From: Candidatus Saccharimonadales bacterium
GTDB lineage: Bacteria > Patescibacteriota > Saccharimonadia > Saccharimonadales > 2-12-FULL-41-12
Assembly (NCBI GenBank): GCA_025451045.1
Contig: JANWLD010000003.1
Span: forward strand, 69,690-133,689
DNA length: 64,000 nucleotides
Reading direction: 5' to 3'
The notes beneath the pieces were generated by a model. The model was not told the DNA's origin and made no database searches. It was given only the letters and a program-made list of their open reading frames with translations. Position numbers and translations under genes: made by a program. The stretch's first letter is position 1. Every line of letters starts with the position of its first letter. This document shows, one piece after another, positions 27,685 to 36,196 of this stretch.

Positions 27685-27787
27685 AAAAAAAGAATCCTTT
27701 ATTTCGTTAGTTATTTAGTCGGTTGATCAGTAATGAACAGCGAGTAAAAAACTACGAATGACCCGGATTCATTAGGTTGATGTAAAC

Positions 27788-27816
27788 ATTTTAACAGAAA
27801 AAAATGCTTATGTCAA
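27788..27816 (-). promoter_or_regulatory. Sigma70-type promoter candidate for the DEAD-box helicase gene
   Basis: On the minus strand: TTGACA (27816-27811), a 17-bp spacer, then TAAAAT (27793-27788). It lies about 100 nt upstream of the ATG at 27684. Confidence 0.55.
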
Positions 27817-27823
27817 TGAGGAT

Positions 27824-28029
27824 GTTCTTCTGACGAAGAACCAAGCCATTCCATTTTTGAGTCAGCAAAAACGGAATCCAAAAACTGACAGCAAGTTGAA
27901 AAAAACATGATGCTCGCTTTGTTGCGGTCTTGTCTGGCCTGCGGGACTCCTTCCAGTCGGCCATGAAGGCTGGTCCTCGGCCTGTTCCGACAAGACCGAA
28001 AGTCGCTCACTCAGTTTTTCAAATGCTGG
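27824..28029. repeat. Y element, copy C (inverted relative to copy A)
   Basis: This is the reverse complement of copy A. It has the terminal hairpin GTTCTTC-tgac-GAAGAAC (27824-27841) and the 58-nt core (27836-27893, 1 mismatch). The internal stem CGGTCTTGTC/GACAAGACCG (27925-27934 / 27989-27998) sits at the same relative position as the stem in copy A but has a different sequence. The 5' box is at 27999-28029. Confidence 0.85.
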
Positions 28030-28261
28030 GAATAAATCAGAATGCCTCGCAATACCCAACCCCAAAAAAACACAAGAGCCTGATTGCGAGCCAATCGGTC
28101 TGGCAAATGCTGAATCAAAGGATATTTGCTCAGGCTCAAGCAAAGCCGGAATAGCAAAAAGTTATCTTTCTAAATTAGAACGCTGGAAAAGCTGATTGCG
28201 CGTATTGTTCGTTAGAACATCTATTCGACAGATATTGTAAAAAATGTTAAAATGTTGGTAA

Positions 28262-29260
28262 ATGGAAAACCAGGAGTCGGCGAAAAAGATAATGGATTTA
28301 AGCCCAGAAGGAGTCGACAGGGCTTGGGATTTGGCCTATGCGTCGAATGTGGCTTATGATTTTTTGGCCGATGCATTAGAACCTAAATTCTTTGTTAGAA
28401 AAGACCGGCTAAAAATCACAGCCAAGGAGCTACTGGCTGACATAGCGATAGACACGCATAACCATAGTGCAGGCGAACGCCGCGATATGTTCCGCCGGAT
28501 GGTTGATTTTACAAGCGATTATGCCCATATGGAACACAGTCCATTCACAAGTACGCCCGAACATGGTGATCCGGCCGAAATATCAACTGAACCAGAAGTC
28601 GAAAATGATGGATCAGCTGCCGCAAAAGTGATTGAGCTAGCCTTATACCGGAAAAGCCATAAAGTAGAAACGGTTGAAGAAGAAACTCCTAACGAAGACG
28701 AGGATGATGAGCCGCTAATGGCTACCGGCAAACCTGTTTGGGAGGTAGAGCAACGTACCCAAGATATGGTAGATGCTTTTAAAAAAGAGCTGGACGACTT
28801 GCACCAAAGACACGGCACTGATAAAAAGATTCAATCCGCTGCCAAAAAACACTTGAGCCGAACAACAAAATTTTATATGCAAAAGGGCGGAATAAAGCTG
28901 GAAATGGAAGTGCGCAATCGTGAAGTTGCGACGGCTGACGAGAGATTGCAGCTACTGCTGTGGGTTGGCCAGGCAAACGGCCCACGGCAAGCACTGCTTA
29001 AGAACACCCCTGCAAAAAGGATGGATTATATACAAGAAATGATGAATGCCGGCAAACTGGACACAGAGACCCATCTCGACTCACAACAACTTGGCGAACT
29101 TATTGATCGGGCAGTCGAAGACGAACTTTTAGTTAACGGACATGAATTCGAAGATGATCCGAAACTGACAAGAAAAGGCATGCAATATATTTTGAAAGCC
29201 AAAATAGAGGATATAAAAGGCGAAAAACAGCGGCAGCAAGCAGGGAAACGCTGGAAATAA
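28262..29260 (+). CDS. Hypothetical acidic protein
   Basis: 332-aa ORF with no motifs. Confidence 0.6.
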   Translation: MENQESAKKIMDLSPEGVDRAWDLAYASNVAYDFLADALEPKFFVRKDRLKITAKELLADIAIDTHNHSAGERRDMFRRMVDFTSDYAHMEHSPFTSTPEHGDPAEISTEPEVENDGSAAAKVIELALYRKSHKVETVEEETPNEDEDDEPLMATGKPVWEVEQRTQDMVDAFKKELDDLHQRHGTDKKIQSAAKKHLSRTTKFYMQKGGIKLEMEVRNREVATADERLQLLLWVGQANGPRQALLKNTPAKRMDYIQEMMNAGKLDTETHLDSQQLGELIDRAVEDELLVNGHEFEDDPKLTRKGMQYILKAKIEDIKGEKQRQQAGKRWK

Positions 29261-29293
29261 AACGGACTTAACTCACTTAGCTAAGCTTGCGGC

Positions 29294-29797
29294 TTAAGCT
29301 ATATCTAGTTGAAAATGATTGAGCGCAAGAGGCGCAATATTGACAGGTTTATCATATTCGATAATTGTTTTCTCCGGAATATCACTGATAAACTGCGGGC
29401 CAACTACCAAAACCATGCCGGTATGTTCGACTGTTCTTGCCTGGCCAATTACCATGCCGCTGAATGCTTTTAGCTGGGCGATAACATTGGCGGTTGTTTG
29501 CTCATCGCTCTCTTGCAGGGTATTTTCACCTAACATGTGGCCCTGGCTGACTCCTTCGACAACGGAATGTTCTTGTATCCAAGGATTTTCTAACAAGGCG
29601 GATGCGGTTTCCATACTGTCAGGACTACCAGAAGAAATTACAACCAATCTGCCCGCTTCGGTAAGTATTTTTTTGATGCCTTTGACGTTTCTTTCAATTT
29701 TTGCCTGGCCTTTTTGATCAAAGTCAGAAGATTCGCCTTCTGTCATCCCAAAGACTTCAAACTTCGGTGTAACCGCTTGCTTAGTCTTTGCTGTCAT
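29294..29797 (-). CDS. Hypothetical protein
   Basis: 167-aa ORF with no motifs. Confidence 0.55.
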   Translation of the reverse strand: MTAKTKQAVTPKFEVFGMTEGESSDFDQKGQAKIERNVKGIKKILTEAGRLVVISSGSPDSMETASALLENPWIQEHSVVEGVSQGHMLGENTLQESDEQTTANVIAQLKAFSGMVIGQARTVEHTGMVLVVGPQFISDIPEKTIIEYDKPVNIAPLALNHFQLDIA

Positions 29798-29888
29798 TTG
29801 TATATATTATACCACACTTGTCAAGACCTGTAAAATCAAAGACTGCTTTGGCAAGATAATTCACGAACAGTGACAGTTTGACCGGGGT

Positions 29889-30391
29889 TCAATGTTTGCT
29901 TGGAATGATTTCTTGCTCGTCGAAGTATTTTATCTGGCCATTTAAAACAAACGAACTCATACATCGAAAACTAGTCTTTACTTTTTCCCCATCTCCTTCG
30001 GTCCAAGGCAATAAAACCACGCCGATTTCGCAGGCTTCCTGCATATCTTCTATGTCGCATTCCAGAACTTTGGCATCTTCTATAACTTCATTTGCCAGCT
30101 CTAAGCACGATTGGCGAAAGCAATACTGGCTTCAAGAGAATCATCTTCCGCCAGTAGCATCAGAGCTTCCCGTTCTTCTTGGGAAGTGTCACTTGCGATG
30201 TCTAGATACCTTGCCAGGTTGTCTTCAGTAATAATTTCTTCTTTAGATGCTTCGATGAGAAATCCGGCTTCAACTTGCATGGCCTGAAGTTTTATATCAA
30301 GCGATCGCCAAACCGGGCATTCAATATATTGGCCGGGACAAACTTCACTCATCGCAGTATAATAAACTAATTTTAGACAAAAAGTCCACAA
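29889..30391 (-). pseudogene. Acidic hypothetical protein gene apparently interrupted by a frameshift near 30100
   Basis: ORF 30101..30391 ends at TAG. A second minus-strand frame opens a few codons upstream of that stop, after an in-frame TGA, and reads SQYCFRQSCLELANEVIEDAKVLECDIEDMQEACEIGVVLLPWTEGDGEKVKTSFRCMSSFVLNGQIKYFDEQEIIPSKH, with its stop at 29889-29891. It has similar acidic composition. Confidence 0.35.
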
Positions 30392-30445
30392 AATGGTAGA
30401 AAAATAGAAACCGACGGCAGTGATTTTGTTTTATAATAAAGCGGC

Positions 30446-31501
30446 ATGGCAGAAAAACTTGGCAGACGATGGCGCAAAGCTATAACCATCGCTACTTTTG
30501 TAGCATTGACGTTGCTTATATATTTTTCGTGGGAAGAAATAGTCGATACCTTCAAGCGCTTTAATGAAGTAAACGCCCCGATTTTGGCTTTGATAGTACT
30601 ACTGCAATTTTTGAACCATCATTCCTATGCCAAGGTTTACCAGTCTTTGTTTAAAATAGTCGGTAAAACACTGAGGTATTGGCCGATGTTTCGGGTGTCG
30701 CTGGAAGTTAATTTCGTCAATAATGTGTTTCCGACAGGCGGCTTGACTGGCTTTTCGTATTTTGGCCTGAGGATGCAGCAGTTTGAGGTAAATGCTGGCA
30801 AATCCACACTGGTCCAGATGATGCGCTGGGTAGGTGTTTTCCTGTCCTTTCAGGTGCTGACACTGTTCGGGCTGGTTTCGCTGGCGGTGGAAGGCAAGGT
30901 CAATAACTTTACTATTTTGATAGCCAGCTCGCTGGTGACGTTGATTTTGGTCGGGACGATATTTATTACCTATATTGTGGGCAGCCGCCAGCGGATAGAC
31001 GCGTTTTTTACCTGGATTACCAAAGCGATAAACCGGGTTATCCAAGTGGTGCGGCCGAAACATCCGGAAACTATCAATGTAGCATCGTCGCGGCAGATGT
31101 TCTTTGACTTGCATGAAGACTACAACATTATTAAAAAAAGCTATACCAAGCTTGGAGCTTGGTTTGTTTATTCACTATTGGCCAACGTGGTTGAGATTGC
31201 CAGCATCTACGCAATTTATCTAGCCTTTGGCGACGTGGTTAATCCGGGGGCGGTCATTTTGGCTTATATCATTGCCAGCTTTGCCGGCTTTATATCAGTT
31301 TTGCCGGGCGGCGTAGGTATATATGAAGGTTTGATGGTCGCGGTATTGGCTACTGCCGGAATATCTCCGGGTATAAGCATTCCGGCGACGGTGATGTACC
31401 GTGTGCTGACCTCGGCTATCCAGTTACCGCCGGGATATTATTTTTACCAAAAAGCGATAGATGATACCGGCTGGGAGAAACCGGACAAGGGAAAAAAATG
31501 A
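30446..31501 (+). CDS. Flippase-like / lysylphosphatidylglycerol-synthase-TM-region family membrane protein (UPF0104)
   Basis: About 8 TM segments and the C-terminal motif ISVLPGGVGIYEG typical of this family. Confidence 0.7.
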   Translation: MAEKLGRRWRKAITIATFVALTLLIYFSWEEIVDTFKRFNEVNAPILALIVLLQFLNHHSYAKVYQSLFKIVGKTLRYWPMFRVSLEVNFVNNVFPTGGLTGFSYFGLRMQQFEVNAGKSTLVQMMRWVGVFLSFQVLTLFGLVSLAVEGKVNNFTILIASSLVTLILVGTIFITYIVGSRQRIDAFFTWITKAINRVIQVVRPKHPETINVASSRQMFFDLHEDYNIIKKSYTKLGAWFVYSLLANVVEIASIYAIYLAFGDVVNPGAVILAYIIASFAGFISVLPGGVGIYEGLMVAVLATAGISPGISIPATVMYRVLTSAIQLPPGYYFYQKAIDDTGWEKPDKGKK

Positions 31502-32619
31502 TTGGCACGGATCCGACTTTTTCGGTCAGCGAATTCGTAGCGGTTTTTAACCAGTCGATGGAAATGGTTTATCCAAGCGTCGGTATCACTGGCGAACTGG
31601 CCAATTTCCGGATTAGAAAAGGCCGCTGGTTGTATTTTGACCTTAAGGATGAAGATGCCAGCGTACCGTTCTTTGGCACAGTCCAGCAGCTGCCGGGGCC
31701 GCTGGAAGACGGGCTGAATCTGGAAATCTTCGGCCGGCCGCGCCTGCATCCGCAATTCGGCTTTACGGTCAATGTGACGAATATACAAGTGGTAGGCAAA
31801 GGTTCACTGAAAAAAGCCCAGGCGATGCTGGCTAAGAAACTCAAAGACGAGGGATTGTTTAGCGCCGAACGCAAACGACCGCTAGCGTACCCGCCGGAAC
31901 GCATCGGGCTGATTACCTCTATAGAATCGGCCGCTTACGCTGATTTTGTGAAAATAATAAACCAGCGTTGGGGCAATATGAACATTGAACTGGCGGATTC
32001 TTTAGTACAGGGGATGGAAGCGCCGACGCAACTGGTGAATGCGATTGAATATTTTAACCAGCTGGCTAATCCGCCGGAGGTTTTGGTAATAATCCGCGGC
32101 GGCGGCAGTGCTGATGATTTGGCGGCTTTTTCTACCGAACAGGTAGTTCGGGCGGTAGCGGCCAGCCGTATACCGACACTTGTAGCCATCGGCCACGAAG
32201 TAGACATCAGTTTGGCCGAGTTGGCGGCCGACAAGCAGGCCAGCACGCCAAGCAATGCCGCCGAACTGCTAGCGCCAGATATTGGTAATGAGCGGGTCAA
32301 TCTGGCTAGTTTGAAGAAGCATATGCACTATTCATTGCAGGCGGTTTATACGGATAAAAAACAGCAGACGGATGAAACGCGGGTTAAATTGGACGAAATT
32401 TTGAATAATATTATTACTCGTATAGAAACAGACCTCCAACAGAGGAGAATTTTACTCAAAACACTTGATCCAAAGGCGCCTTTGAGCCGCGGTTTTGCGC
32501 TAATCAGGGGGCCAAAAGGCGAGCTGATAAAGGCGGTAGCGGCGGCCAAGAGAGCCGGCCGGCTTTCAATAGATTTGCGCGACGGCACGATAAGTGCCAA
32601 AGTAGTGGACAAGGACTGA
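31498..32619 (+). CDS. xseA: Exodeoxyribonuclease VII large subunit
   Basis: N-terminal OB-fold region (VSEFVAVFNQSMEMVYPSVGITGELANF), IIRGGGSADDLAAF, and a C-terminal coiled coil. Followed by xseB. Confidence 0.92.
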   Translation: MIGTDPTFSVSEFVAVFNQSMEMVYPSVGITGELANFRIRKGRWLYFDLKDEDASVPFFGTVQQLPGPLEDGLNLEIFGRPRLHPQFGFTVNVTNIQVVGKGSLKKAQAMLAKKLKDEGLFSAERKRPLAYPPERIGLITSIESAAYADFVKIINQRWGNMNIELADSLVQGMEAPTQLVNAIEYFNQLANPPEVLVIIRGGGSADDLAAFSTEQVVRAVAASRIPTLVAIGHEVDISLAELAADKQASTPSNAAELLAPDIGNERVNLASLKKHMHYSLQAVYTDKKQQTDETRVKLDEILNNIITRIETDLQQRRILLKTLDPKAPLSRGFALIRGPKGELIKAVAAAKRAGRLSIDLRDGTISAKVVDKD

Positions 32620-32620
32620 G

Positions 32621-32815
32621 ATGGCAAAACAGGCAAAAACATATCGGCAATTAAAAGAAGAGTTGGACACGGTTTTGACTGAACTGGAAGCCGGCAGTGA
32701 TGATATTGACAAGTCTATAGACCAGTACAAGAAGGGTCGGGAGCTGATTGCGCAAATTGAAAAGTATCTGAAACACGCCAAAGCGAAAATAGACATCTTA
32801 AAACCGCCAAAATAA
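32621..32815 (+). CDS. xseB: Exodeoxyribonuclease VII small subunit
   Basis: A 64-aa helical protein directly after xseA (LKEELDTVLTELEAGSDDIDKSIDQYKKGRELIAQ). Confidence 0.85.
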   Translation: MAKQAKTYRQLKEELDTVLTELEAGSDDIDKSIDQYKKGRELIAQIEKYLKHAKAKIDILKPPK

Positions 32816-32816
32816 G

Positions 32817-33305
32817 ATGATTTATATATATCTGGCGGTGGTGTTGCTGACGGTATGCTTCTGCGGAGTGCTGTTGTTCGGCGCGCCGTATTTGCCGACT
32901 CTGGAAAAACAGCGGAAAACCGCGCTTGATTTGCTGGATTTGAAAAAGGGCCAGACACTTTTGGAGCCGGGTTCCGGCGACGGGCGGATATTGAAGCTGG
33001 CGGCCAAGCGGGGCATTAATGCGGTAGGCATCGAGCTTAACCCGATAATGTATTTGGTTTCACTATTGGTAACCTTCCGCTACCGCAAGAAAATCAAAAT
33101 CGTCTGGGGTGATTTTTGGAAAGTCGATTGGCCGGAGGCAGATGGCATATTCCTGTTTTTAATCACCAGATACATGCCGAAATTCGATGAAAAAATGAAA
33201 ACCGGCCGGAAAAAACCGGTCAAAGTCGCCAGCTTTGCCTTTCCTATACCGGGCAAAAAACCGGTCAAAGAAAAAGACGGCGTTTTCCTCTACGAATATA
33301 GATAA
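32817..33305 (+). CDS. Class I SAM-dependent methyltransferase (small, N-terminal TM)
   Basis: Motif I LLEPGSGDGRILKLAAKRG followed by GIELNP. Confidence 0.65.
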   Translation: MIYIYLAVVLLTVCFCGVLLFGAPYLPTLEKQRKTALDLLDLKKGQTLLEPGSGDGRILKLAAKRGINAVGIELNPIMYLVSLLVTFRYRKKIKIVWGDFWKVDWPEADGIFLFLITRYMPKFDEKMKTGRKKPVKVASFAFPIPGKKPVKEKDGVFLYEYR

Positions 33306-33337
33306 AGAGCAAGCATTTTTGTGTTACCATAAGGGTT

Positions 33338-33988
33338 ATGAAAATCAGAGACAAACAAGCCGGTGAGGCCAATTTTCTGCTGATATCGCTGATTTTTGCC
33401 GCTGTATTATTGCTGGCGGCATTGAGCTTCGGTTTATGGGCGTTTATGTCGCGCCAAGACTATAAGAATAATTCTGACCAAAAGGCCGCTGCAGCCGCCG
33501 AAGTTGCTAGCCAGCAGACTGCGGCCCAAAAAGATAATGAATATCTGGAAAAAGAGAAATATCCGCTCAAAGCTTACCAAGGCCCGTCTAATCTGGGCTC
33601 GATTTCAATGAAATATCCGAAAACCTGGAGTGGTTATATATCATCTGCGGATGAAAACTCATTTATATTTAACCCGGATGTTATCAATGGGGCCGATAAC
33701 ACGTTGTATGCCCTAAAAATCAGCGTCAAAGAAGACCAATACAGCGATACGATAAGCCAATATGACAGCCAGGTTCAGGACGGGAAGCTGAGGGCTAAGG
33801 CTTACAGCTTGCCGAAAGTATCGTCGGTTATCGGCGTCCGCTTTGACGGTGAAATAGAAGACGGCAAGCCGGGAGCGCTGGTGGTTTTGCCGCTGCGCGA
33901 CAAGACGATAACGATAGAGTGCCAAATTCCGGATAGGTTGAAGGACTTCAATAAGATTATTCTTCCGAATATCAGCTTTAATCCGTAA
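33338..33988 (+). CDS. Membrane-anchored hypothetical protein
   Basis: N-terminal TM segment (FLLISLIFAAVLLLAALSFGLWAF). The remainder has no motifs. Confidence 0.6.
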   Translation: MKIRDKQAGEANFLLISLIFAAVLLLAALSFGLWAFMSRQDYKNNSDQKAAAAAEVASQQTAAQKDNEYLEKEKYPLKAYQGPSNLGSISMKYPKTWSGYISSADENSFIFNPDVINGADNTLYALKISVKEDQYSDTISQYDSQVQDGKLRAKAYSLPKVSSVIGVRFDGEIEDGKPGALVVLPLRDKTITIECQIPDRLKDFNKIILPNISFNP

Positions 33989-34057
33989 TCGGACATTTCA
34001 TTTTCGGGGCGGTTCTTTCAAAGAACCAAACCTTTCGGCAGGTACTTCGTACCTACC

Positions 34058-34236
34058 ACCGACCCGCTTTTGGTGTCAAAAGCGGGACAAAACCACCGGG
34101 ACTAGTTCAATATCTTTATTGTTTCATTGCCCAAGCCAACAACAGCCTGCGGAACTCCCCATCGCTCAAACAGTCCTCGGCTATTAGTTGTTGTTTAGAC
34201 ATTCACCAATCAGGATATCTCACAATGCCCGGACCC
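34058..34236. repeat. X element, copy 2 (179 bp)
   Basis: See copy 1. There are four mismatches (two in one sORF codon, AGC to GGG) and the sORF is retained (MSKQQLIAEDCLSDGEFRRLLLAWAMKQ). Confidence 0.9.
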
Positions 34237-34366
34237 TTATTTTTAGCAAATGCTGGATAAGATAAAAAAGGGTTGTTTATAAAAACGCGATTTCATTTGT
34301 GCTAGAGCTTGCGGTCGTGTTGTTGGCCCATGCTAAGATTGAAAGGTATTTAAGTGGGGTAAAACG

Positions 34367-35077
34367 GTGCATAACCAACCGGAAGACAAAAACCTGCCAT
34401 CCGAGGAAAAACTGCTCAGTGCTCTGGCAAAAGAGCTGAAAAACCCGCTGCTTTTGATTGCGCGGCAAGCCGAATTGGAGAAAACGGGTGATGCGGCCGG
34501 GGCTCTTCAATCTATACAAAAAACGGCCGAAAACACACTCCAGCTCGTTGACAATTACCTGCTGGCCGCCCGCTCCGAGTATGGCCAGCACCGCTTGCCG
34601 CTGGAAACAGTCGGTGTCGGCTCGGTGATTTACGAAGTAGCGAACGATATCGCGCCTTATGCCAAGGCCGGAAAGATTGATTTTGGCATGGAAGTGAAAG
34701 ACGGTGAAGTAATGGCTAATCGCAAAGGGTTAAAAGCAGCAATTCGCTGCCTGTCCGAGCTGGTTATCGCCCAGCAGACCAAAGGAAAAGACGGCCGCCA
34801 AAAAGTCCGCATCCGGGCTGAAAGGGAAAAGGAAATAATCTCGGTTTCGGTACTCGGCAGTACGCTTGAGATTACCAACAAAGATATCGAGCTGGCCCGT
34901 CAGTTGCAGGGCAACGCACATTTGGCTGGCGGCAAGTTGTTTGACAGCGGCGTCCGGCTTGCTATTGCCGACATTCTGGCCGGGTCATTGGGAGCAAGCT
35001 TGCAGGTTAGGCAGATTGACGGGTTGAAAGGGCTTAACTTTGAGCTGGCGCGCAGTACCCAGCTTAGCCTGGTATAA
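34367..35077 (+). CDS. Histidine-kinase-like protein lacking catalytic residues (pseudokinase)
   Basis: The H-box-like segment LSALAKELKNPLLLIARQ has Lys where the phospho-His is expected (consensus SHELRTPL). The N-box Asn is absent (IRCLSELVIAQ), no DxGxG is present, and the G2-like region is degenerate (SGVRLAIADILAGSLGASL). It has no TM segments. Confidence 0.6.
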   Translation: MHNQPEDKNLPSEEKLLSALAKELKNPLLLIARQAELEKTGDAAGALQSIQKTAENTLQLVDNYLLAARSEYGQHRLPLETVGVGSVIYEVANDIAPYAKAGKIDFGMEVKDGEVMANRKGLKAAIRCLSELVIAQQTKGKDGRQKVRIRAEREKEIISVSVLGSTLEITNKDIELARQLQGNAHLAGGKLFDSGVRLAIADILAGSLGASLQVRQIDGLKGLNFELARSTQLSLV

Positions 35078-35080
35078 ATT

Positions 35081-35473
35081 ATGAAAGCTACGGATATACT
35101 TATCATCGAACCGTTGGAAGACTTGGCCAAGGTGCTGGCTCGGGCTTTCAAACGCAGCGGGCTGAGTTCGGCAATCGCAACCACGGCGCAGGAAGCCATC
35201 CGGCTGGCGGACGAGAAAGCACCGAGATTGGTGGTTATCGAGCTGCTGATACCCGGGCATAACGGAATGGAATTTATTCATGAATTTCGTTCGTATCCGG
35301 AGTGGTTAAAAACCCCGATAATCTTATATAGCCATCTGGCACCGGAAGAATTAGGCTTAAGCGACGAAGCAATGCAGGATATGGGTATCGCCGGACATTT
35401 TTATAAGCCGACGACTTCCCTTGGTAAATTGGTCGGGGCGACGGAGTCTATCTTTGCGCGCGAACATAATTGA
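35081..35473 (+). CDS. Receiver-domain-like protein with Glu at the phospho-acceptor position (pseudo-receiver)
   Basis: A REC fold is recognisable (ILIIEPLED; RLVVIELLIPGHNGMEF; IILYSH; FYKPT). The acidic pocket is E-P rather than D-D, and the acceptor Asp is replaced by Glu. Confidence 0.7.
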   Translation: MKATDILIIEPLEDLAKVLARAFKRSGLSSAIATTAQEAIRLADEKAPRLVVIELLIPGHNGMEFIHEFRSYPEWLKTPIILYSHLAPEELGLSDEAMQDMGIAGHFYKPTTSLGKLVGATESIFAREHN

Positions 35474-36140
35474 TAAAGCCATAATACTGTCCCGGACTGA
35501 TTACGGCGAAAAAGACCGGCTGATAACGGTGCTAACACCGAATCATGGCAAATTGCGGGCGATTGCCAAAAGCGTACGCTCGAGCAAAAGCCGGTTAGCT
35601 GGCGGTATCGAACTGTTCGCCGAGAACGAACTCGGATTGGTAGAAGGCCGCGGCGACCTATACACCGTGACGCATAGCCGGATGAAGCGCTATTTCGGCG
35701 ATATCGCGAGAGATTTGGACCGCTCGATGTACGCTTACGAATGCTTGAAGGCGATAAATAAACTGGCTCCGGATCACGCGGGCGGGGATTATTATGATGA
35801 TTTGAGCAAGCTGTTTGCGGCGCTTAGCGAGGACAAAGTGCCGTTTATGCAAATAAAGATATGGTACGGGCTGAAACTGCTGGAGACGATGGGCGCTTCG
35901 CCGAACCTGATAACCGGACCGGACGGCAAGAAACTGACAGCGGGTGAAAGCTACCAATATGATTTTGACAAACATTGCTTTTACAACGCATCAGAAGGGG
36001 CTTATGGCGCTGACCATATCAAAACCCTGCGCCATCTATCGACGGCCAGCCAGCCGAAAGAGATAGTGGGCCTTGATGAAAAGCTGGCCGGTTCTGCTGA
36101 GCATTTAGTTACGCTGGAAGTCAAAAACCACCTCAGTTAA
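35421..36140 (+). CDS. recO: DNA repair protein RecO
   Basis: AIILSRTDYGEKDRLITVLTPNHGKLRAIAKSVRSSKSRLAGGIELF is a typical RecO OB-fold N-terminus. The real start is probably a downstream TTG, close to the stop of the preceding gene. Confidence 0.85.
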   Translation: MVNWSGRRSLSLRANIIDKAIILSRTDYGEKDRLITVLTPNHGKLRAIAKSVRSSKSRLAGGIELFAENELGLVEGRGDLYTVTHSRMKRYFGDIARDLDRSMYAYECLKAINKLAPDHAGGDYYDDLSKLFAALSEDKVPFMQIKIWYGLKLLETMGASPNLITGPDGKKLTAGESYQYDFDKHCFYNASEGAYGADHIKTLRHLSTASQPKEIVGLDEKLAGSAEHLVTLEVKNHLS

Positions 36141-36196
36141 ATCTGGCTTACTGTTGACAAAAGTGGTATAATATAGATTGAAACAGGAGTTTTTCA

